Shown here: positions 56,970 to 64,000 of the stretch, in pieces
How the letters are laid out: each line of letters opens with the position of its first letter
How positions within the stretch are numbered: position 1 is the stretch's first letter
Source: a virus
Length of the DNA stretch: 64,000 bases
Reading direction: 5' to 3' (one strand)
Virus record (IMG/VR): IMGVR_UViG_3300026488_000015
Span: 1-64,000 of that record
The notes under the pieces: generated by a model
What the model saw: only the letters and a program-made list of their open reading frames with translations
Database searches by the model: none
Told to the model about the DNA's origin: nothing
Program-made: the position numbers and the translations under genes

Positions 56970-58838
56970 TTAAGGTAAGTAAGTATAATAAGTCCTCTTA
57001 TCTATAATAGATTGAGTAAGATAACCTAGAGATTCTTTAGCTCTCAATACTTCAAAAAAGAACCCATAAGTTTTATTGATACATAAATTAACTGCACCAT
57101 AAACATCTTTAACATATCCTGAATCTATATCCCCAATATAACTTTCCAACTCGATAGTTCTATCGCTAATATTCATATCGATAATTCTAGTCACAAATAA
57201 CTCCCAAATGCTTGTACTATCTGAAGGTTGCACATATGCTGTTGTATCTGTTAGCGTAAAAATATCAATAACTTGATTCATACTCTCTTGCACTAATAAC
57301 ACTTTAGAGAAGAATTCGTTATCGCTATTATTCTGGTCGTTATTGATAGAATTAGTACGATTACCCAAATTAATGATTCTATCAATAATGTTTTTTATCT
57401 TAGCAATCTTATCTGAATCAAATAAAGCCCTAATATTATTATATCCACAATTAACCAAAACATCTGTACTTGCCCACTTATCTGATTCATTAATTCCAGT
57501 CTTCACTTCTTCTGTAATAATGTATTCATCATCAACTAGTAGTGAGAGGCTCCCAATCTTTGAAAATATTGTTTGTCCATCAAGCTCGTATGTAGTTCCC
57601 CCAACTAATGTTATTGTAGAAAATCCAGTATTAGTAATTGTATTATTATCATAAGTAAGACCACTAGGTAATGCCTCAGAAGAATAAGACCAAGTGCTAT
57701 TATAAATCTTATTATCGATTACTTGTGAACTATAAATGTCACCAGGTACATTTGCTGGACCAAAAGAAGCTGGAAAAAATATTGGTTCTATTATAAGAGA
57801 TATAAATTCTAAAAAATATTCAATATCTATTTCTTGTATTTCTGCACTAGGATAATTTAATAAGTCCGGGCTTCTCATTTTGTAATTCCATTTTTGTTTT
57901 GGGTTTACTGACCACAGTTTTTCTCCTAGTATTTCCATCGTCCAATTCATATAAGACGGATAAGTTGCATCTAATATTTCAAAAACTTCAAGACTCATTG
58001 CTGGAAACATAGGGCTTAAATTTATCTTATCGTATGGTGCACTAGCATTAGATATAGATGATAAGGCTTTCATTAAATCATCACTTACTACATTAGTAAA
58101 AAAATCACCCAATAAATCTTCAAAAATCTCATCAGGGACTTCACTAATGCTAGAGATAAATTCACCATCAGTAAGATTATTGATGCTTGTAAAATTCTTA
58201 TGTTGTAATGAGCCTTCTACAATCACTGCAAGAAAACCAACTACTCTTTTTGAGGTAGGGTGTACAAGTATTAATTTTTCTGAAATACTCGGCTCAATAT
58301 CCACTTCAGAAAAATTAATGCTATCCAATTCAAAAGAACCTCCGTATGATGTAGTGCTTATTACGAAATCTGTACTTTTTTCTCCTAACCCATCAAAAAG
58401 AAGGCCCATTACATCACCTAAATCTTTATCTGTAGCTATCTTAGTACCATCAGGCGTATCAAGAGTAACTATTTTATAATCTCCAGGTAGGATTAAATCT
58501 GTAGGTTCGAATTTATCATTAAGTGTAGTAAAACCTGCTGATGTTTTAGTGGGGAAAGTAAACTTACTATCAAATAAGTTTTTATAATAAGAAGAATTAT
58601 TTATGTCAAAATGTAATACATCTGATGCATTACGCCCTTTAAGTATAGCTCTCTGTTTTGCATAGTATAAGGCTTGTTGATGGTATTCTCCCGTGTGTAC
58701 GAGAGCAGGTAATAATGCCAGCATTTCTTTCGTAAAAGTAAGTTTTTCAACAATTTTTATGCGTTTCTTTGATTTACCTGAAGCGCCACTTTCAATTCCA
58801 TCGATAGTTTCTTGTTTAACTCGGTCAATAGCTGTCAT
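56970..58838 (-). CDS. Virion structural protein (hypothetical, baseplate cluster)
   Basis: 622 aa; late promoter; carries one shared baseplate module. Confidence 0.6.
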   Translation of the reverse strand: MTAIDRVKQETIDGIESGASGKSKKRIKIVEKLTFTKEMLALLPALVHTGEYHQQALYYAKQRAILKGRNASDVLHFDINNSSYYKNLFDSKFTFPTKTSAGFTTLNDKFEPTDLILPGDYKIVTLDTPDGTKIATDKDLGDVMGLLFDGLGEKSTDFVISTTSYGGSFELDSINFSEVDIEPSISEKLILVHPTSKRVVGFLAVIVEGSLQHKNFTSINNLTDGEFISSISEVPDEIFEDLLGDFFTNVVSDDLMKALSSISNASAPYDKINLSPMFPAMSLEVFEILDATYPSYMNWTMEILGEKLWSVNPKQKWNYKMRSPDLLNYPSAEIQEIDIEYFLEFISLIIEPIFFPASFGPANVPGDIYSSQVIDNKIYNSTWSYSSEALPSGLTYDNNTITNTGFSTITLVGGTTYELDGQTIFSKIGSLSLLVDDEYIITEEVKTGINESDKWASTDVLVNCGYNNIRALFDSDKIAKIKNIIDRIINLGNRTNSINNDQNNSDNEFFSKVLLVQESMNQVIDIFTLTDTTAYVQPSDSTSIWELFVTRIIDMNISDRTIELESYIGDIDSGYVKDVYGAVNLCINKTYGFFFEVLRAKESLGYLTQSIIDKRTYYTYLP

Positions 58839-58855
58839 AAATATACCTTTTCAAG

Positions 58856-58863
58856 TATTTATA
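58856..58863 (-). promoter_or_regulatory. Late promoter TATAAATA
   Basis: Exact match upstream of 58838. Confidence 0.72.
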
Positions 58864-59344
58864 AAATAGGGCCTGATACTGGAACTGGTGGTACACTAGG
58901 GATAATTCCAGTGACTAAACTGTTAATTGTATAATTCATAATAGCCATAGCTTCTTTCATCGCCGCTACTGGTGCTGTATTTTCGCCGCTATAAATACCC
59001 TTTAGTTCTTGTTCGAGTGAAGATTTACCAAAACCAGATAAAGATAATTGAATTGCTGGGCCTGCAGTCATTAATGTTAAAAAAGCAGAATCGATAGTCG
59101 CTGCTACTTTTTTAGCCTGAGAAGCAGCATCTTCAGTCTTATCCATATACATACTCTCTATATCTGGTTTAATTATACTCACTACACCTGCAGCATTGAC
59201 TACTGCATTACCAAAAGGGCACATTCCAGTCGCCCAAAATGATGAAATAGCTGTAGCATATTGTAATGCTGCTGCACCCTCATCGTTTTCAGCTGAGTAC
59301 ATCGCCGTTAAAGAACCTGATAGACCTGAGAGTGCTAAAGGCAT
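58859..59344 (-). CDS. Ala-rich hypothetical protein downstream of the spike gene
   Basis: Coupled to gp5; three A...A.AI..(F/Y) helical repeats. Confidence 0.6.
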   Translation of the reverse strand: MPLALSGLSGSLTAMYSAENDEGAAALQYATAISSFWATGMCPFGNAVVNAAGVVSIIKPDIESMYMDKTEDAASQAKKVAATIDSAFLTLMTAGPAIQLSLSGFGKSSLEQELKGIYSGENTAPVAAMKEAMAIMNYTINSLVTGIIPSVPPVPVSGPIL

Positions 59345-60471
59345 TATTCAACCTTCGATTTAGCACTCAAATCTGATACTGCTAAAGGAGGATTAGCTGG
59401 TCCAGATGGTCCGACACCGGTTGGATGAATATGAGTATTACACCAAGTGAGTAGTTTATTACCTAGAGGTATTGGTTCAGAAGAAGCACCAATACCGATT
59501 TTTATATCAGAACCCTCGAATGTTGCTGTAGCGCCAGACTTAATCACTATCTCTCCACTAGCATCCATTTCAAACATAGCATCTATTTTTTGTAGTACAT
59601 TACCAGTTATATTTTCTGTCAATGTACCTTTAAGCGTTCTTAATACATCACCAGCGATTTTCTCTGTAAGTTTTGCTTCGAGCGTACTAAGAACATCTCC
59701 AGTGATTTTCTCTGTGTGCGTACCGACAATTTTTAAATCGTTATTTCCTGTTACATTCTCATTCTTATTCATTTCAACAACTTCATTGCTGTTACCTTGA
59801 ACAATCTGATAATTATCTTTAACAGTCTTTACAGTAATAGAACCTTCTTTGTCAATCTCAATATAAGTGCCGAGTTTGTGCATTATATGAATTCTCTCAT
59901 TTCCTTCGGTATCATCAATTTCAATCGTATGACCACCGTGAGTTTCGATAACATTATTATTAGGATATACAGCTTTAGAACTACCTTCTTCTAATTCAGA
60001 CCACTTTTCTCCAGCAGCATTTTCAACATCTTTTGTAATACCATCTACTTTGATTTTGTGGTTATGGCAAGTCTTATCAATTAAACCAGTCGAATCGCTT
60101 CTATTGAAAGGATGTAAATCCGATTCAGTCAATCTTTCTGCTATGTAAACACCTTCTTTGGTACCAACAAACCCATCTGCTGGTGCTTCAGCCATTTGAC
60201 CAATCATCGTACCGAATATAATAGGTTTAGTCCAATCATCATTTTCAAAGAACAGCCATACCCAAGTACCTTGTACTAAAATACTTGATACACCTACTCC
60301 TGATGTCATTCCACCAAAAGATGTTCCTTGTACTACTTCTGCCCAAGGTAGAGAATCAGTAGGTGCATCAGTTTTTGAATCCGAGTGCACTCCCATTATT
60401 CTTACTTGAACTCTTCCAAGAAATTTTAAATCTTCGTTGTTTTCTACAACACCTCTATAAAAACTAGTCAT
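59344..60471 (-). CDS. 5: Baseplate central spike (gp5-like, no lysozyme domain)
   Basis: GVVE...D...LGRV.VR..G.H, LPWA, YP.N.V.ET..GH..E.DDT.G.ERI...H..GT, beta-helix repeats, HIH tip. Confidence 0.88.
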   Translation of the reverse strand: MTSFYRGVVENNEDLKFLGRVQVRIMGVHSDSKTDAPTDSLPWAEVVQGTSFGGMTSGVGVSSILVQGTWVWLFFENDDWTKPIIFGTMIGQMAEAPADGFVGTKEGVYIAERLTESDLHPFNRSDSTGLIDKTCHNHKIKVDGITKDVENAAGEKWSELEEGSSKAVYPNNNVIETHGGHTIEIDDTEGNERIHIMHKLGTYIEIDKEGSITVKTVKDNYQIVQGNSNEVVEMNKNENVTGNNDLKIVGTHTEKITGDVLSTLEAKLTEKIAGDVLRTLKGTLTENITGNVLQKIDAMFEMDASGEIVIKSGATATFEGSDIKIGIGASSEPIPLGNKLLTWCNTHIHPTGVGPSGPANPPLAVSDLSAKSKVE

Positions 60472-60473
60472 AG

Positions 60474-61598
60474 TTACTCCTTCTCATCTGCTCTAATCAA
60501 AGTTAGAGTTTGTGTAAAATGTCCCATTGTAATCTTATCGATACAAGTATGGATTAAATATTTTCCTGCTAGAGGCTTGAATTCATCATTTGGTTTGTCG
60601 GGGTCTGTATTTATTGATTCAATCGAACACATTTTCCCCGCATCTGCTTCCCAAGTACCATTTACTGTGATTAACATTTCTACATTATCAAGTAAATCGT
60701 TACCATAAGATGCCTTTAAGCCTCTTTCGTCCCTATGAACATTGTAAAAGAATTTCTCTTGGTCTGATTTCTCATTCACAATCATATTAAGCTTACTTTC
60801 AATTTTGTAATCAGCGTGTATATCTTCTTTCTTAATGTCTTCGGGGATAGTTGTTTTTGTTTCTATTTCGTATTTGAATGATTTTCCTTCAGGCAAGTTT
60901 ACTAGGTTATTTATTAGGCTGTTATTCTTTGAGTTTTTCTTAATAATTCTTTGAAAATCTCTCATTAAGGTTGTATCTTTGTACTCTAGCATAGCATCTA
61001 CTGGTTCAGCAGTCAATTCTGTAATGTCTTTAAGTGCGTATTTAAGTTTGCTTCTGAATACCAATAAACCTCTATCTCTAGCTAGTTTTTTAACTGTGTC
61101 GATGACATTTATTGCCTTTGAAGTAGTGATGGTATCCCAAGTATAATCATCTTTTGAACCCAAATCCAATTCATATAAACCTATATCAATATCTCCCATC
61201 AATGCTTTAACTACATCATAGATACCTTTCTCTTTGAAACCTTTTGAAATATAAGCTTGTGATGCATTGTAATATAATTTATCGACAAAATATAGATTCA
61301 CGGCTGTACCGTTTTCGTATTCTGTTTTATTCTGTGTTATCTCGATAATTTTGTATTCGGAATTATTAAAATTTATTTTGTTATGGTCTGTTAGATATAA
61401 TGAAATTCCAGTATCAAGATTAATAGGTAGAGTACTATAAAGACCTAGTGGGTCTAAGAATGTTATAGTACCATACGAAATACTTGAATCGATACTTCTT
61501 TCTAAAGTTAAATCTAAAACTTGTGCTGCAGGCACTGTTGTGTCCCCTATTTGTACTAGGAATTCAATTAAGGTATTTGAACTATTTAATGTTGTCAT
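60474..61598 (-). CDS. Baseplate hub protein (gp27-like)
   Basis: G.ITF.D..G N-terminus; V.G......G and GKYLI....D C-terminus; between 53 and 5. Confidence 0.6.
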   Translation of the reverse strand: MTTLNSSNTLIEFLVQIGDTTVPAAQVLDLTLERSIDSSISYGTITFLDPLGLYSTLPINLDTGISLYLTDHNKINFNNSEYKIIEITQNKTEYENGTAVNLYFVDKLYYNASQAYISKGFKEKGIYDVVKALMGDIDIGLYELDLGSKDDYTWDTITTSKAINVIDTVKKLARDRGLLVFRSKLKYALKDITELTAEPVDAMLEYKDTTLMRDFQRIIKKNSKNNSLINNLVNLPEGKSFKYEIETKTTIPEDIKKEDIHADYKIESKLNMIVNEKSDQEKFFYNVHRDERGLKASYGNDLLDNVEMLITVNGTWEADAGKMCSIESINTDPDKPNDEFKPLAGKYLIHTCIDKITMGHFTQTLTLIRADEKE

Positions 61599-62526
61599 TT
61601 TCTATCCTCAATGCAACTACATAATCATCAAGAAGCTTAAGAAATTCTGTAATCTTCTCACCTTTAACTATCCTAAAAGTTCTGTATTTTTCATTTTCGT
61701 TTTCTAGTTCTAATTGTAGTTCTGCTTTCTTTGCTATAATATAATCATCAACTGCAGATTCAGGTTGAACTCTCGTGTTTATTTTGTATTCTGTACCAGG
61801 TAAAATATCTGTATTTACTGTAATCTTAGTTTTGTATTTATTATTATCTGAATCAGTAAATGAATAGTACCAACCACCTATTAATGATATTATATCTTGT
61901 GTTTCATTAATAAGAGAGACATTTGTTTTGCTTATGAAATTTATTGTGAGCCCTATTTTTGTAACTGGCACTCTTTTCTCTACTAGCTCTAATGGTTCTG
62001 TTAAATCATAATAAGTCCCATCTAAAATTTTGTGTGATTGATTCTTAGTAAATTTTGATATTTTGTCTTCATCTGTGTTGTGCACTGTATAAATCTGTGC
62101 ATTCTCTAATATTACATCATCGCCATTAGCGTTTAATGGATTTCTAATCTTTAAATAGAGAGGGTCTGAATAATCATATTCTAGTCCTAATGAACCAACT
62201 GAAGGGTATTCTGCTATACTAAAATATCTTAGATGTTCTTCAAGGTCGGCATCAACCTTTTGTAATACTGTATCCATATCTTTAGGTAGTTTATTAATAT
62301 CAATCATATTGTTTAACATCATTAAAATATCCCAATAGTCAAGTGTATTGTAGTACTGGAGAGAAATATATTCTAATTTTACATTATCTTCTAGTTCTAT
62401 TGTTACAAAAAGGTCTTCCATAGAAGATATACTTTCGGGTATGGTTCTTCCTTTAGTAAAATTCTTAAATGTTTGCCCACTTTCGGAATTTATTATATCA
62501 TCAAAAGTGTAAAATCTTTTCTTCAT
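61582..62526 (-). CDS. 53: Baseplate wedge subunit (gp53-like) with inserted modules
   Basis: LE.IS..YY....YWDIL..LN...D...LP and ENE..R.F.I.. Confidence 0.7.
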   Translation of the reverse strand: MKKRFYTFDDIINSESGQTFKNFTKGRTIPESISSMEDLFVTIELEDNVKLEYISLQYYNTLDYWDILMMLNNMIDINKLPKDMDTVLQKVDADLEEHLRYFSIAEYPSVGSLGLEYDYSDPLYLKIRNPLNANGDDVILENAQIYTVHNTDEDKISKFTKNQSHKILDGTYYDLTEPLELVEKRVPVTKIGLTINFISKTNVSLINETQDIISLIGGWYYSFTDSDNNKYKTKITVNTDILPGTEYKINTRVQPESAVDDYIIAKKAELQLELENENEKYRTFRIVKGEKITEFLKLLDDYVVALRIENDNIK

Positions 62527-62535
62527 TAGTATCTC

Positions 62536-63297
62536 CTATTTTTCAAATACCCAATCTTCTTTCTCTTTAGGTTCAAACTCTAAGAAAGTCATATTAACTG
62601 CTATAGATTTTGGTTTTGCACCATCACTTAAACCCATCGTACCATCAGCACCGTAGTTTATATCCATAGATGCCAAGGCACATAAATCAAACTGTATAAC
62701 TCTATTTATATGCGATTTTTCTCTACCAAATCGTAAACTAAATAATCTAGGTGGGGCTTGAAAAACTTCATTTGCTGCAGTAGAAGCAGTACCTTGTGTT
62801 GCATTAGCTGATTCTGATTTCCCTCCCTCTGAAGAACCAATAGGTCCTCCTGGTAGCATATCAGCTTTAAGGTTTCTCAAAGCTGATTCTATATTATCAA
62901 AAATTGTTTCTGTTTCAGCATTCAATAAAAAAGAAACAGAAACGCTTCTAGGCACTTGTCCTTTGTATGTCTGAGCATAAAATGGTTTGATACCAAAACC
63001 CGTGATACCTTGTAACCCTCTTGCTGCTTCTGATAAACCACTCATTACTGAAGAGGTTAGTGAATTCTTGCTCCAATTTTGGCTGTAATCATCATCGATT
63101 GTTAGAGGCATAGGAAAATTATATGTTTTAACGCTATCTCCTGCAGCATCTTTGAGAGCTGTTATAACGCTCGATGATTTATCAGTTGTAAAAAAGTTCT
63201 CGATTAATGTGGATAAGTTTATGTTATAGCTACTAATCGTAAGGACTCTATCTGGTACTAAATCTTTACCTACTTTGAATATTGCTTTTCCTGCCAT
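62536..63297 (-). CDS. Baseplate tail-tube cap (gp48-like)
   Basis: PMP..I.D..S..W, Y.G..PRS...SF, PP..F, CAL....INYG.DG, P....V.MTF.E. Confidence 0.65.
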   Translation of the reverse strand: MAGKAIFKVGKDLVPDRVLTISSYNINLSTLIENFFTTDKSSSVITALKDAAGDSVKTYNFPMPLTIDDDYSQNWSKNSLTSSVMSGLSEAARGLQGITGFGIKPFYAQTYKGQVPRSVSVSFLLNAETETIFDNIESALRNLKADMLPGGPIGSSEGGKSESANATQGTASTAANEVFQAPPRLFSLRFGREKSHINRVIQFDLCALASMDINYGADGTMGLSDGAKPKSIAVNMTFLEFEPKEKEDWVFEK

Positions 63298-64000
63298 TAT
63301 TTATCTCCCCAATCAGATTTATCTTTTGGTGCATATTCAGAAAAAGTTAAGGAAAGCGTACTCATTTTAGGAGTTAATCCATCTTCTGTTATGAACATAG
63401 CCATACTCCCATCTACACCGTATGATACTTTTGCAGATGTTAGTACACAAGCACTAAAGTTTATATTGTTATTTAGAAAAGAACTATCTTCACCAAAAGT
63501 TAAACTAAAAATATCAGGAGAAGATAAAAATATTCTACCAAATCCAGGTGACATAGCATTTTTGATGGCTATGATTCCTTCTGTAATAATGTTTGCTTCT
63601 TCCTCATTCTTAGGCATAAATGAAAACATCAAAGAAATACTTCTTGGTTCGTTCTCTCTAAATGTTAAATATGAGTTCGGGTTCACTGCTTCACCTTGTA
63701 CTGAAGCAATCTTAGTTGCAACACCAGACATTCCTTTGACTAAGGCTGCTATTTTTCCAGTTGCTTTGGCTACACCAGTCGAATTTCCATTTTTATCTGT
63801 CATACCAGCACCTGCTGCTCCAGCTTTATCGGCCATCCCTTGTGCTGCTCCAGTCAAACCAAAACCTTCCCAACCTACTGAAGAATTATCATTGATTACA
63901 TTAGGTAAAGGTAAATGCCAAGTCTGTGTGGCAGTACCTAATTCCCCTTTAATACCGTCTTTCTTCGATGGGGTACCTTTAAGTAGCTCCTTGTATAAAC
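63297..64000 (-). CDS. 48: Baseplate tail-tube cap (gp48-like), 5' end outside window
   Basis: Frame open to window edge; LPLP, NP....F....R...F.F.PKN..EA..I, CVL...V.Y, L.LTF.E. Confidence 0.7.
   Translation of the reverse strand, partial: LYKELLKGTPSKKDGIKGELGTATQTWHLPLPNVINDNSSVGWEGFGLTGAAQGMADKAGAAGAGMTDKNGNSTGVAKATGKIAALVKGMSGVATKIASVQGEAVNPNSYLTFRENEPRSISLMFSFMPKNEEEANIITEGIIAIKNAMSPGFGRIFLSSPDIFSLTFGEDSSFLNNNINFSACVLTSAKVSYGVDGSMAMFITEDGLTPKMSTLSLTFSEYAPKDKSDWGDK

Noticed and set aside
29-59994. Numerous plus-strand ORFs in the six-frame track (e.g. 2826..3290, 15439..15828, 39914..40303, 54641..55057)
   Set aside because: They are antisense shadows of well-supported minus-strand genes, with no SD or recognisable motifs; only 20098..20559 is accepted
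1-64000. tRNA genes, introns, inteins, homing endonucleases, stop-codon reassignment
   Set aside because: None recognised by eye; intergenic gaps are short and core genes are intact under the standard code. A tRNAscan/Infernal run would be needed to fully exclude RNAs

Overview
A 64-kb AT-rich segment of a large T4-related myovirus genome, almost entirely coded on the minus strand. Promoter and Shine-Dalgarno style suggest a Campylobacterota host (inference). Left to right: (1) an early accessory region, ~1.4-11.4 kb, with many small ORFs, MazG-like, NAMPT/NadV, Nudix, an L7/L12-like domain and an AAA ATPase, punctuated by a repeated TAAG-N11-TATAAT promoter; (2) a late holin/spanin-like cassette; (3) T4 core genes 44, 59-like, 33, 46, 47, an unusually long 55, and gp3; (4) a ~17-kb biosynthetic island (20548-37368) with nine radical-SAM enzymes, a nucleotide-sugar pathway (Ugd, NAD-dependent epimerase/decarboxylase, DegT aminotransferase, two deacetylases), two likely and three possible glycosyltransferases, and a 166-aa Cys-rich protein in which 10 of 12 Cys are followed at +3 by N/D/H; (5) a tail fibre and baseplate module (2296-aa fibre, FG-GAP protein, gp7/gp6/gp25/gp5/gp27/gp53/gp48-like) with TATAAATA late promoters. 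The best candidate for an undescribed system is the island, which may be a phage-encoded post-translational modification pathway (thioether cross-linking, possibly plus glycosylation) acting on the Cys-rich protein encoded next to the tail fibre. All product calls come from motif recognition by eye; no database searches were run. No tRNA, rRNA, CRISPR array or mobile element was recognised.
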